A stretch of 64,000 bases of DNA, taken from Alloacidobacterium sp. GTDB taxonomy: Bacteria > Acidobacteriota > Terriglobia > Terriglobales > Acidobacteriaceae. Shown in pieces: positions 49,599 through 59,518 of this stretch (its first letter is position 1; every line of letters starts with the position of its first letter). The translations under genes and the position numbers were made by a program. The notes beneath the pieces were generated by a model, which was not told where the DNA came from, did no database searches, and saw only the letters and a program-made list of their open reading frames with translations. The stretch covers positions 96 through 64,095 of the forward strand of contig DATHQH010000061.1 of the NCBI GenBank assembly GCA_035482895.1, read 5' to 3'.

Positions 49599-52244
49599 AT
49601 GACTCACATCGTTAGAGAAATGCTGTATCGGCTACGCTCCTTTTTTAGCAAAACGCCTCTGGACCGCGAGTTGAATGCAGAGATGGCGTCTCATCTTGAA
49701 ATGGCGATGGAAGAAAATCTGCGGCGAGGCATGTCTCCGGAAGAAGCGCAGCGGCAGGCTTTGGTTCGCTTTGGCGGTGTGTCGCAGGCACGCGAGCAGC
49801 ATCGCGAGACGCGCGGTCTGCCCTGGCTCGACATCCTGATGCAGGATTTGCGGTTTACCTTCCGGACCTTGCTGCGGGATCGCGGTTTCACGTTTGTTGC
49901 CGTACTGATTCTGGGGCTGGGCATCGGCGCGAATATCGCTGTCTTCAGCGTAGTGAATACCATCCTGTTGCGGCCGCTTCCCTTTCGCGACCCGCAGCGG
50001 CTGGTCCGGATCGTCGAACGAGATCCAAAGGGCGGCGAATCGAGCATGACGTATTCGGCGGATGCTACCCAGGAATTTCAGCGGCAGAATCATTCTTTTG
50101 AGTCTGTGAGCGGCTATTTCGCCTTTACGGGGCCCGACAATTTCAAGTTGATGAGGGAGGGCCAGCCTCTGCCGGTTACGGGCATCATGGTGGCGGAGAA
50201 TTTCTTCCAGACGCTCAGTGTCGATCCTTCGCTTGGACGATCGTTTATCGCTGAGGAGTTCCTGCACCACAGCCGGCCTGTGGCCCTATTGGGCCATGCA
50301 TTCTGGAAACGGCAGTTTGGCGGCGACCGCAGCATGATTGGAAAAGCAATCGACCTGAGTGGCACGCCGGTGACGGTGATAGGAGTGTTGCCAGAGAGCT
50401 TCGATTTCGGCTCGGTCTTCTCGCCGGGTGCAAAAGTAGATCTCTTCGTGCCCTACATCATGGATGACTTCCGCGACGACGGAAACGACCTGGCTCTGAT
50501 TGGCCGTTTGAAGCCGGGAGTGAGTCTGGCAGCAGCGCAGTCCGAGTCGGACTCACTCTTTCCTCAACTCTATTTCAGAAACACACACCCGGAATACGGG
50601 AAGGGCTACACAGGCCAGCTCTTTACGCTGAAAGACTATGTCAGCGGCAAGCTGCGTCGGTCGCTGATTGTGCTGTGGTGCGCGGTTGGGCTAATTCTGC
50701 TGATCGTCTGCGTGAACCTTTCGAACCTGCTGCTGGCAAGGACGGCAGCGCGCAGCAAGGAGTTCGCCATGCGCAGTGCGCTGGGCGCAGGACGCGGGCG
50801 GTTGATTCGCCAGCTGCTTACGGAAAGTCTGGTACTCGCGGGCGTTGGTGCGGTACTGGGCCTGGCAATCGCATTTGCCGTAATCACATATCTTGCCCAT
50901 CAGGGATCGATTGCTTTGCCGTTGCTGAGCAGCGTGCGTATCGACGGCAGCGCGCTCGCGTGGACATTACTGATCACCGTGGCTGCGGCTGTTCTCTTTG
51001 GGCTGGCACCGGGGCTGCGAATGTCGCGCGGCGACCTGCAGGAGGCGCTCAAGGACAGCGGGCACGGAACCAGCGAGGGCAGAAAGCATGAGCGGATGCG
51101 CTCAGTGCTCGTTGTCTCAGAGGTTGCGCTGGCCTGCGTGCTCTTAGTCGGCGCGGGACTGCTGTTACGCAGCTTTCTACGGGTGTTGGATGTTGATCTG
51201 GGTTTCGAGCCGAGTAGAGCTGCCGCGATCAGCGTGGATGATGGAAATCCGGGTACTGCCGAGAAGGCTCGTGTTCGCTGGCAGGAAGTTCTGGGACGTG
51301 TTCAGAACATTCCAGGCATCGAGGCTGCGGGTATCTCCGACAACCTGCCGTTAAGCCGGAATCGCAGCTGGGGTATCTCGGCCAAGAGTCATGGCGAATA
51401 TCGCAAAGGAGAGTTGGAGGGTACCTTTGTCTATATCGTTTCGCCGGGGTATCTGAAGGCGATCGGAATGCACCTGGTAAAGGGCCGGGATTTCAACTGG
51501 GACGACGGATTCCAAGGCGGGAATACGGTCATCATCAACGAGACGGTGGCGCGAAAGCTGTGGCCGGGACAGGACGCGATTGACCGAATCGCAGAAATCA
51601 ACGGGAAAGATGTCCGCGTGATTGGCGTGATTGCCGATGTACATGAAAGCAGTGCGGAGACGGCAGCAGGTTGGCAGATGTACCTGCCTCTACCGTATGG
51701 GCCTGAGGGCACGGAGCTGGTGGTACGAACCAAACTGCCTCCTGCCACGCTGGCGTCGAGCGTGATGGGGGCGCTGCGACAGATCAATCCGGAACAGCCT
51801 GCGACGGAATTCCAGCCTTTGCAGAATCTGGTGGATCATGCCACCTCGCCGCGGCGTTTCTTTGTGCTGCTGGTGTCGATCTTCGCAGGGCTGGGGCTGT
51901 TTCTTGCTTCGCTGGGGATTTACGGCGTCATCTCCTACTCGGTCACGCGGCAGACGCAGGAAATTGGCATCCGCATGGCGCTGGGCGCGACACAGGCGCG
52001 GGTGCAGCTCACCGTCATCAGGAAGACACTTTGGCTGGCTTTGATCGGGATTGCTGTAGGAATTGTGGTGTCGTTTGGAGTATCGAGTTTGATTGCATCG
52101 CTTTTATTCGGGACAACTCCGACGGACCCGATTACGTTCCTCGCGATGGTGCTATTACTGGGACTGGTCGCGCTGCTTGCCGGCTATATTCCGGCGCGAA
52201 GAGCTTCGCGGATCGATCCGATGATCGCACTGCGCACGAATTAG
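49599..52244 (+). CDS. Duplicated MacB/FtsX-type ABC permease (ADOP family), paralog 3
   Basis: 881 aa with the same architecture. The stretch near 50690-50740 is nearly identical at the nucleotide level to 47995-48045 in paralog 2 (ctgctgatcgtctgcgtgaacctttcgaacctgctgctggc). Confidence 0.9.
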   Translation: MTHIVREMLYRLRSFFSKTPLDRELNAEMASHLEMAMEENLRRGMSPEEAQRQALVRFGGVSQAREQHRETRGLPWLDILMQDLRFTFRTLLRDRGFTFVAVLILGLGIGANIAVFSVVNTILLRPLPFRDPQRLVRIVERDPKGGESSMTYSADATQEFQRQNHSFESVSGYFAFTGPDNFKLMREGQPLPVTGIMVAENFFQTLSVDPSLGRSFIAEEFLHHSRPVALLGHAFWKRQFGGDRSMIGKAIDLSGTPVTVIGVLPESFDFGSVFSPGAKVDLFVPYIMDDFRDDGNDLALIGRLKPGVSLAAAQSESDSLFPQLYFRNTHPEYGKGYTGQLFTLKDYVSGKLRRSLIVLWCAVGLILLIVCVNLSNLLLARTAARSKEFAMRSALGAGRGRLIRQLLTESLVLAGVGAVLGLAIAFAVITYLAHQGSIALPLLSSVRIDGSALAWTLLITVAAAVLFGLAPGLRMSRGDLQEALKDSGHGTSEGRKHERMRSVLVVSEVALACVLLVGAGLLLRSFLRVLDVDLGFEPSRAAAISVDDGNPGTAEKARVRWQEVLGRVQNIPGIEAAGISDNLPLSRNRSWGISAKSHGEYRKGELEGTFVYIVSPGYLKAIGMHLVKGRDFNWDDGFQGGNTVIINETVARKLWPGQDAIDRIAEINGKDVRVIGVIADVHESSAETAAGWQMYLPLPYGPEGTELVVRTKLPPATLASSVMGALRQINPEQPATEFQPLQNLVDHATSPRRFFVLLVSIFAGLGLFLASLGIYGVISYSVTRQTQEIGIRMALGATQARVQLTVIRKTLWLALIGIAVGIVVSFGVSSLIASLLFGTTPTDPITFLAMVLLLGLVALLAGYIPARRASRIDPMIALRTN

Positions 52245-52260
52245 AGTTGTTATGGCCGAT

Positions 52261-52286
52261 CCCATGTCTCAAAAGCGAGACATGGG
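52261..52286. repeat. Hairpin (REP-like) element downstream of ADOP paralog 3
   Basis: CCCATGTCTC-aaaagc-GAGACATGGG forms a 10-bp stem and is followed by GCACACGGCATGC. It shares the CCCAT...AAAAGC...ATGGGGCAC.CGGCAT frame with the element at 46813. Confidence 0.65.
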
Positions 52287-52295
52287 GCACACGGC

Positions 52296-53864
52296 ATGCA
52301 ATTTATATCGTTTGCGCGGCGGTATACTTCGATCATGGAAGCCCGGCCGTCTTCCGCCGTCACACTGCCCTGCGCACTGTTCCTGCTTTGCCTGCTGAGC
52401 TGTTTTTCCGCCATAGCACAAGCGCAAGGTACAGCAAAATCCATACCTCCAAAGGCGGCTGACGAGCCTTCAGAGCTTGCCATTCTTTCTCAGCAGATTC
52501 AGGACCTGACCACATCTGTTCCGCCGGAACTGGCTGCATATGCGTTGCTGCGCCTGGTGGAAGCTAATGCGATAAGCCAGCCGGAGCAACGCAGGCGCCT
52601 CATCGAACAAGCGTATATGCTGGCCGGACTAAGTCCCTATCCTGTGCGGATGACCACGTCTGGCGGAGCCAGTGATACGCGGGCCGGTTATCTGTCGCAG
52701 GCGCTAACGCAAGGCCTAGATACGCTTTCGCTGCGGACGAGAGCGATAACGGCTATGCTGAAGATCGATCCGGAGCGGGGACGCGATCTGTTTCAGCAAC
52801 TGCGTCCCTTGTCGCTTGCAAACCGAAGCTGTGGCGACTCGATGATCTATGACCCGTCTGCGTATTATCGTTCAGCAGGCGATGTCTACAAGAAGGGCTT
52901 CAGCCAGGAAGATCAGGCAAAAGGCCTGCCTGAGGATTTTCTCGAATCGGTCTTTCGCGATGTGAACCAGGCGAGCGAGGTTGGTCCGGCAGCGGATCTG
53001 CTACGCACGCTGCAGTTTGATCCTGAGATGCTGGCGCGGGCCGAAGGTGCGTTCGCGCGTTCACTCAGCGGAATCCGCGGCGATTACCGGTCGTATACCG
53101 CGACACAGGGCAGCCTGACCCGGAATGTAACACGGCTGGCACAGGCGCAGGGACGCGCGAGCCACGCGATGCTGGAGGCGACGAGGGCCTATGTGATTGC
53201 GAATGAATCGGGTGCTATTTGCGGGGACAGCACGGGAACAACCAGCTCTACATCATCACCAAATATAGATTCATTTGTGACGCTGAATCAGGTGCTGGCA
53301 CGATACAGCATCGCCCCCATTGGTACCGCGGATGTAAAGCCGGGATCGATTATAGCGATCAACACCAACAGCACACAGGCCTATTGGCAATCACCCACGG
53401 CACAGCAATTGCTTGCCAGCGTTCGCGCTCTGCGCTCTGGCGACAGGAGTTCGTCGCAGTGGCAGGAAAGTGCATCGAGCACTTTCACGTCATTGCGAGA
53501 ATGGATCGATGCTTCAAGTGAACCCTCGGAGGAGGATTTCTATATCGAGAAGGCGGTGCTGTATGCGCAGATGCTTTCCGCGGTCACACCCGACTCTCTC
53601 TTCTATGAAGAGGCCCTGAACGAATATATCGCCTTCTTAAGTGAGGAGCCGCCAAGCGACGATGTGCGGATTTACTGGCTTTGGAATATTCAGAACCTGG
53701 TGCAGCGGTTGCGGATGAACAGGTCAACCGCAGACTCGGCACGTCTGAAGATGGAATCTGCGATTGAGGATGCGCCAAGTCCATCCATAGCTCTCTATGG
53801 CTATCTGCTGGCACTGGAGCGGGTGCAGCGGGCGGCGTTTGGACGGGGCTATACCTCGCGCTGA
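52296..53864 (+). CDS. Hypothetical secreted protein
   Basis: 522-aa ORF with a signal-like segment LPCALFLLCLLSCFSAIAQAQG. I recognised no family. The start could instead be ATG 52335. Confidence 0.5.
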   Translation: MQFISFARRYTSIMEARPSSAVTLPCALFLLCLLSCFSAIAQAQGTAKSIPPKAADEPSELAILSQQIQDLTTSVPPELAAYALLRLVEANAISQPEQRRRLIEQAYMLAGLSPYPVRMTTSGGASDTRAGYLSQALTQGLDTLSLRTRAITAMLKIDPERGRDLFQQLRPLSLANRSCGDSMIYDPSAYYRSAGDVYKKGFSQEDQAKGLPEDFLESVFRDVNQASEVGPAADLLRTLQFDPEMLARAEGAFARSLSGIRGDYRSYTATQGSLTRNVTRLAQAQGRASHAMLEATRAYVIANESGAICGDSTGTTSSTSSPNIDSFVTLNQVLARYSIAPIGTADVKPGSIIAINTNSTQAYWQSPTAQQLLASVRALRSGDRSSSQWQESASSTFTSLREWIDASSEPSEEDFYIEKAVLYAQMLSAVTPDSLFYEEALNEYIAFLSEEPPSDDVRIYWLWNIQNLVQRLRMNRSTADSARLKMESAIEDAPSPSIALYGYLLALERVQRAAFGRGYTSR

Positions 53865-55531
53865 TAGTCGGCGTAGACAGGCTCCCAGATACCGGCTTCC
53901 AGATGCTCGCGGAATGCGGCTTCATCCTGAACCGCGGCAAGTCCGTCTGCCAGCGCCTGTTTGCCGACAGCCTCTGCCACGATCCGGCTGACCTCCCGCG
54001 ATTGCGACAGCGGAGGCAGGAGGCTTGCTGTTTTGTCTTTCCGCGTGGGCGAGAGGCCGACAAGCGCTTTTGCGGCAGCCATGATCATCGAATCGGAGAC
54101 GCGCCTTGCGCGCGAGGCAATAATGCCGAGAGCGAGGCCGGGAAAGATATAGGAATTATTGGTCTGGTCGATGTGGATCTGCCTGCCATTGAACGTGGCG
54201 GGCGGGAACGGGCTTCCGGAACCGATGAGCGCTCGGCCTTCAGTCCACGTGAGGAGGTCCTGCGGCGTGCCTTCGCTGCGGGATGTCGGATTCGACAGCG
54301 GAAAGATGATGGGCCGCTGGGCATTCTTTGCCATCGAGCGAATGGCCTCTTCGGTGAAGGCTCCCTGCTGGCCGGAGACCCCGATCAGTACGGTTGTTTT
54401 TGCATTACGAACGACATCGAGCAGGCTGATTTCGTTTTGATCGGAACGCTGCCAGCTCTGCACTTCTTCCTGGCTGCGCGCGAAGGGCTGCTGCTCCGGG
54501 CGGATGTCCTTGCCGCCTTCAACGATAAGACCATAACGGTCGATGGCGTAGAAGCGCTTGCGGGCTTCAGTTTCGCTCAGGCCTTCTTCGCGTATTTCCG
54601 CGAGCAACAGGTTGGCAATGCCGATGCCCGCGGTACCAAAACCGAGGACGGCGAGCTGTTGGTCTTTGAGCGGAATGCCGGTGACGTTGACGGCGGAGAG
54701 CAGCGTTGCGGTGGCGACGGCTGCAGTCCCCTGAATGTCGTCGTTAAAGGTGCAGAGTTGATCGCGGTAACGGGCAAGCAGGCGCGCCGCGTTGGCCCCG
54801 GCAAAGTCTTCCCACTGCAGAAGAACATGGGGCCAGCGCTTTTTTACCGCCGAGACGAAGGCTTCGACGAAGTCGTCGTACTGCTCTCCGCGGATGCGCT
54901 TGTTGCGCCAGCCGACGTAGATGGGATCTTTCAGGCGCTCCTCATTATCCGTGCCAACATCGAGCAGCACGGGCAGGCAGTGCTCGGGATGAATGCCTCC
55001 GAGCGCGGTGTAGAGAGCCATCTTACCGATGGGAATGCCCATGCCTCCAGCGCCCTGATCGCCCAGGCCGAGGATGCGCTCACCGTCGCTTACGACGATG
55101 CACTTCACGTAGTCGTAGCGTGCATGCGCGAGGATCGTTTCAATGCGATGTTTGTTCGGGTAGCTTAGGAAAAGCCCGCGCGGCTTGCGCCAGATTTCGC
55201 TGAAGCGCTGGCAGCCTTCGCCGACCGTCGGCGTGTAGACGATGGGCAGAAGCTCTTCGACGTGGTGCTCTAACAGGGCATAGAACAGCGTTTCGTTCGT
55301 ATCCTGAATATCGCGCATGTAACTGTATTTGTCGAAGTCGTTGGCGTGACCATCGAGCACCTTTTTGCGGCGCGACATTTGCTGGTCGAGCGTGCCGATG
55401 TGAGGCGGCAGCAGGCCATGGAGACTGAAGATATCGCGCTCTTCTTCGGTGAACGCCGTACCCTTGTTCAAGCGCGGATTATTGAGAAGGTTGAAGCCGG
55501 AGAGTTTTGTCTTGATGGGTGCTATGCTCAT
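53849..55531 (-). CDS. maeA: NAD(P)-dependent malic enzyme (oxaloacetate-decarboxylating malate dehydrogenase)
   Basis: LLNNPRLNKGTAFTEEERDIFSLHGLLPP, YTPTVGEGCQ, VVSDGERILGLGDQGAGGMGIPIGK and FNDDIQGTAAV are classic large-form malic-enzyme motifs. Confidence 0.93.
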   Translation of the reverse strand: MSIAPIKTKLSGFNLLNNPRLNKGTAFTEEERDIFSLHGLLPPHIGTLDQQMSRRKKVLDGHANDFDKYSYMRDIQDTNETLFYALLEHHVEELLPIVYTPTVGEGCQRFSEIWRKPRGLFLSYPNKHRIETILAHARYDYVKCIVVSDGERILGLGDQGAGGMGIPIGKMALYTALGGIHPEHCLPVLLDVGTDNEERLKDPIYVGWRNKRIRGEQYDDFVEAFVSAVKKRWPHVLLQWEDFAGANAARLLARYRDQLCTFNDDIQGTAAVATATLLSAVNVTGIPLKDQQLAVLGFGTAGIGIANLLLAEIREEGLSETEARKRFYAIDRYGLIVEGGKDIRPEQQPFARSQEEVQSWQRSDQNEISLLDVVRNAKTTVLIGVSGQQGAFTEEAIRSMAKNAQRPIIFPLSNPTSRSEGTPQDLLTWTEGRALIGSGSPFPPATFNGRQIHIDQTNNSYIFPGLALGIIASRARRVSDSMIMAAAKALVGLSPTRKDKTASLLPPLSQSREVSRIVAEAVGKQALADGLAAVQDEAAFREHLEAGIWEPVYADYQREV

Positions 55532-55558
55532 TCACGCCTCGTTCTATGACTGCGATGT

Positions 55559-56035
55559 CTATGCAGACCCAAGCATAGTAAAGAAGTCGATGAGGTTTCC
55601 GTCAGGATCGCGAAAATATATGGAACGGGTGCCCCAGGGCTGGTTGGTGGGTCCCTTGACCCACGTCTTCACAAACTCATGCAGTCGCGCGTATTCGTCA
55701 TCGACATCGTTGACTCTGAACTCAAGGATCAGGCTGTGATTTTCGCCAGGTCTCGCCGAACCAGGAATGTATTTCTCCTGCGCTTTCGCGGAAAAGATAG
55801 CCAGGACTCCGGCGGTGGTCTGAAACTCGATATAGTCGTCGCCTACTCTTTGCGGCTTTGTTTTGAGGACCTGAGCATAGAAGGTGGCGAGTCGATTGAC
55901 ATCATTCGTGATCAGACAGGTATTGATCAGGGTCGGCAGCGTATCCGATGTTTGCTGCGCTGCAGGCTTTGAGACTGGCGTCGCGGCGGCCAAACTAAGT
56001 GTCATACATATTGCCGAGAGCACACGTCTTTTCAT
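55559..56035 (-). CDS. VOC (glyoxalase/bleomycin-resistance fold) family protein with signal peptide
   Basis: The C-terminus is WGTRSIYFRDPDGNLIDFF and the signal peptide is MKRRVLSAICMTLSLAAA. The start is taken at ATG 56035; the track ORF extends to 56098. Confidence 0.7.
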   Translation of the reverse strand: MKRRVLSAICMTLSLAAATPVSKPAAQQTSDTLPTLINTCLITNDVNRLATFYAQVLKTKPQRVGDDYIEFQTTAGVLAIFSAKAQEKYIPGSARPGENHSLILEFRVNDVDDEYARLHEFVKTWVKGPTNQPWGTRSIYFRDPDGNLIDFFTMLGSA

Positions 56036-56094
56036 GGCTGAGCCTACTCTCTCTTTTGACGATGATCTCTGAGGTTTGCATCGCCTAAAAATGC

Positions 56095-58497
56095 TCAATG
56101 AGCAGCCGAGGCACGCTCCTGCGTGGTCGAAGCGTGGTCGAGCTCGCGATAAATCTGCTCATTGCGAATGATGGCCTGCACATACTCGCGGGTTTCGGTG
56201 AATGGGATCGATTCAACGAATTCATCCATGCCGCTGTAGTGGCCTATCGCCTGCCAGTCGGCGACGCGGTTGTCTCCCGCGTTGTAAGCGGCGAAGGTGT
56301 ACTCCGGTTGGCTGTTAAATCTGTCGAGCGTCTGGCGCAGATAGCGGGTGCCAAGGCGAATATTGGTGTCCGGTTCGAGCAGGTCGTTGGTTGCGAAGTG
56401 GTGAATGCCTTCTTCCTTTGCCATACTCTTGCCGACGGAAGGCAGAAGCTGCATCAGGCCATAGGCGTTGGCGTGGGAGACGGCTCCGGGGTTAAACTCC
56501 GATTCCTGCCGGATGAGCGCGGCGACCATGTAGGGATCGAGGCCATTCTTTTCCGACTCGGATTTGATGGTCGGCCAGTAGGCCTGTGGAAAGAGAATGC
56601 GCCAGTATCCCATGGGCAACGCGTCGATCGGCGCCGAAGTGTAGAAAGGGATCGCCCGCTTCATGGAGCGCATGGCGCGCCAGTTCTCGCCGTAGGACGC
56701 GTAGATTTTTGCTTCGGCGAGCGCGCCCCATTCCTCGCTGCCGTCGGCGGCCTGAATCTCGGGAGCGATGTATTCGTTCAAGCCCGCGTTCGCGAGCAGG
56801 TGTGCGCGTACAACGTGCGGATCATCCTCGGGCACGTCATCGGAGAGCGTTGGGATGGGCTCAGGATGCATCGCTTCGAGCGAAGACATATTGGCCGGGG
56901 TTACGCTGCCGAGTTCGGCGAGACGCTGCTGCGCAATGGAAGCATAGTAGTAGTGGCGATAGACGCGCGAAACCGTTGTATAGTAGGCGGCCGCCATATC
57001 GTTACGGCGCTCCTGATCCTGATAAAGCCGTCCGCGCCAGTAAAGGGCCGAGGGAATCTCCTTGCCGCCGTGATAGACGGCGATCTGCTCGTCCATGAGG
57101 CGCGCGGCCTCTGAATACTGCCCGATGCGGTAGTTGAACCACGCGGCACGCCAGTGGGCGCTCGGCGCGTAGTTCGAGCGCGGAAAGCGCTTCGCCAACT
57201 CGCCATAATACGCAATGGCATTGGGAAAATCTTTGCGCAGCAGATACATGTTGCCGCTGGAGTAGAGGGCTTCGGCCAGCCAGGGGCTCGATGGGAAGCG
57301 CGTCTCCATCTGCTCGACGATGCTGCGCTGTGTTTCGCCATCGTCCTTGTTGCGGGCAAGTTCCATCAAGAGATAGAGGCGGCGCGCTCCTGTCTCGTCA
57401 TTGCTGTCGGGAAGACGCTCGAGCGTCTCTTTGCTGAGGCGCTTGAGCTTCCAGTCAGAGGAGGCAGCGGCAACAAGCAGCGAGCTTCTCAGTCCTTCGG
57501 TCACGGCGGGATCGGCAGCAAGGGCGCGGTATTCCTCGGCTGCGTCGTTAAACCGGCCCGCATTGTAAAGAGCGTCAGCATGATGGCTGCGCTCTTCGAC
57601 CGTAAGCGATGATGTTGCACCTAAAGCGGCGAGCTGGGTCTTGGCCTGTGCTGCTTCATTGCTCAGAGGAAAGCCGAGAAACGTGCGGCGGAACAATTGC
57701 GTCGCTTCCGGCAGACGGCCCGCCATCTGGTAAGTCTTCGCGAGAGCGAGCTGGTAATCGGCGTGGTTCGCGATGGCCTCGCCCTTGTGCGCCTCGAGAA
57801 TGCGCAGAGCGGCCTGCGGGTCACCTTCCTGCAAAAAGAGGTTCGCCTGCAGCACCGGCACGCTGACGACAAAGATGCTGTCAGGGTGTTTCTCCGCGAA
57901 GGTGCTGAGAATGGTTTCTGCCTGCGGCAGATTGTTGCTCTGCAGATGAGCCTGCGCTTCGAGGTAGTCGGCATAATCGTCGAGCGCGGTGCCTTGCACG
58001 TTTGCCTGACGGAAGGCGTTTACGGCTTCAGGAAACTTGTGGTCGAGCAGATAGGCATGGCCAAGCGCAATGTATGCCGCTGCGGAAGCTTCACCGGTAT
58101 GAGCGTGGGCATAGGCCGAAACGCCCGCGTAGGCCGCTGGACTGCGCATGCTGGCCAACTGCTGCGCCATAGGCCGCAGCTGCGATGACGCCACGAAGGC
58201 CTGCTGCAGCTTGTGGCTCCTGGCCTTTTGTTTGGCTGTCAGCGGACGGCGATGCTTGCTGTGCGCAGATGTCTTGCTGTGGGCGGAAGCCGCAGTCTTA
58301 TGCGTGGACGCGTGGCTCGTCGTACTTTGGGCTGCATGAGAATGACTGGATGCGCTCTTGCTCGCGGCTGATGGATGCTTTTTGTGCGCTGCCGATGTAG
58401 ATGACGAAGTGCTTTGCGACCAGCACGCCGCCGACATCATGCCCGCCAGAACCAGGGCTGCAACTTTATTATTTCTAATGCGAAAAACTCGATTCAC
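56095..58497 (-). CDS. slt: Soluble lytic murein transglycosylase (Slt70-like: superhelical TPR-like domain + SLT catalytic domain)
   Basis: The catalytic region reads ALIRQESEFNPGAVSHANAYGLMQLLPSVG...AAYNAG (ES catalytic Glu motif). It has a long alpha-helical repeat N-terminus and a signal peptide. Confidence 0.85.
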   Translation of the reverse strand: MNRVFRIRNNKVAALVLAGMMSAACWSQSTSSSTSAAHKKHPSAASKSASSHSHAAQSTTSHASTHKTAASAHSKTSAHSKHRRPLTAKQKARSHKLQQAFVASSQLRPMAQQLASMRSPAAYAGVSAYAHAHTGEASAAAYIALGHAYLLDHKFPEAVNAFRQANVQGTALDDYADYLEAQAHLQSNNLPQAETILSTFAEKHPDSIFVVSVPVLQANLFLQEGDPQAALRILEAHKGEAIANHADYQLALAKTYQMAGRLPEATQLFRRTFLGFPLSNEAAQAKTQLAALGATSSLTVEERSHHADALYNAGRFNDAAEEYRALAADPAVTEGLRSSLLVAAASSDWKLKRLSKETLERLPDSNDETGARRLYLLMELARNKDDGETQRSIVEQMETRFPSSPWLAEALYSSGNMYLLRKDFPNAIAYYGELAKRFPRSNYAPSAHWRAAWFNYRIGQYSEAARLMDEQIAVYHGGKEIPSALYWRGRLYQDQERRNDMAAAYYTTVSRVYRHYYYASIAQQRLAELGSVTPANMSSLEAMHPEPIPTLSDDVPEDDPHVVRAHLLANAGLNEYIAPEIQAADGSEEWGALAEAKIYASYGENWRAMRSMKRAIPFYTSAPIDALPMGYWRILFPQAYWPTIKSESEKNGLDPYMVAALIRQESEFNPGAVSHANAYGLMQLLPSVGKSMAKEEGIHHFATNDLLEPDTNIRLGTRYLRQTLDRFNSQPEYTFAAYNAGDNRVADWQAIGHYSGMDEFVESIPFTETREYVQAIIRNEQIYRELDHASTTQERASAAH

Positions 58498-58888
58498 TGC
58501 GAACCATATGCTCCTATTTCACTGTAAGCCGAAATGAGCTGGAATTGCTGTGTCTTGAGCAGGATTCACCGGAAAAACGTTCCTCCTTGGGCAATGTCGG
58601 GACGATTCTTCAGGGGGTTGAAATCCACAGAGACTGAACCTGTAAGTTCGGCTAAAACCATGCCCTGCATAGACTCTACCTTCACAGAACGGAAGGGGTT
58701 ATGCCCTATTAAAGTCCGTGAGGTTTGTCGCGCTCTCGCTCTCGCGTTGCCAACAAACGCGGAATGAGCCACTTTGCTGTTCGCAGCGGCAAATCATTTA
58801 CTATGAAGGTAGGGCGGAGCCGCGGCCAAACCGGGCAGTGCAGTTTCCGCTCCCGTCACGAAAGGTCGATTTCCTGAAGCCATCTGTC

Positions 58889-59518
58889 ATGCCAAACATC
58901 CAAACACAAGGAACAGAGGAAGTTCACCCCGACGTTCTGCTCGTAAACCGGGCGCGCGAAGGGGATGTGCAGGCTTTTGAAAAGCTGGTAAAGCAGTACG
59001 ACCGCCAGGTTTTCCGAATTGCCCAGCACATTACCCAGAACCGCGAAGATGCGGAGGACGTGGTACAGGACGCCTTCTTGAAGGCGTACGAGAAACTGGA
59101 CCAGTTTCAGGGAAACTCGAAGTTTTACACTTGGCTGGTGCGGATCGCGGTGAATGAGTCGCTGATGCGTTTGCGGAAACGGCGCACCGGTCGCATGGTT
59201 TCGATCGACGAGGATGTGGAGACCGAAGAAGGTTCCATGCCGCGCGATCTGGCGGATTGGAGTCCAAATCCGGAACAGCAGTACGGCCAATCGGAGCTGG
59301 CCGACATTTTGCGGAAGACGATTCAAGGTCTGCCGCCCGGTTTTCGTGTGGTATTTGTTCTGCGGGACGTAGAAGGTCTCTCGACAGAAGAGACTGCAGA
59401 GACTCTGGGACTAAGCGTCCCGGCTGTAAAGTCGCGCCTGCTTCGGGCACGGCTGCAATTGCGGGAGCGGCTGAGCCGTTACTTCCGCAAGAACAAAAGG
59501 GATGGTGGTGCGGAGTGA
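58889..59518 (+). CDS. ECF-subfamily RNA polymerase sigma-70 factor
   Basis: Region 2: FEKLVKQYDRQVFRIAQHITQNREDAEDVVQDAFLKAYEKLDQF...FYTWLVRIAVNESL. Region 4: VFVLRDVEGLSTEETAETLGLSVPAVKSRLLRAR. The start is taken at ATG 58889. Confidence 0.9.
   Translation: MPNIQTQGTEEVHPDVLLVNRAREGDVQAFEKLVKQYDRQVFRIAQHITQNREDAEDVVQDAFLKAYEKLDQFQGNSKFYTWLVRIAVNESLMRLRKRRTGRMVSIDEDVETEEGSMPRDLADWSPNPEQQYGQSELADILRKTIQGLPPGFRVVFVLRDVEGLSTEETAETLGLSVPAVKSRLLRARLQLRERLSRYFRKNKRDGGAE

Noticed and set aside
44245-50270. Multiple long minus-strand ORFs within the three permease genes (for example 44245..45213, 45484..46395, 47675..48328, 48640..49143, 49632..50270)
   Set aside because: These are GC-rich antisense shadows of genes with strong family signatures. 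Their Arg/Pro/His-rich translations resemble no family.
53903-55168. 421-aa plus-strand ORF
   Set aside because: It is antisense to the malic enzyme gene, whose motifs are unambiguous.
56098-57114. 338-aa plus-strand ORF
   Set aside because: It is antisense to the Slt-like lytic transglycosylase gene.
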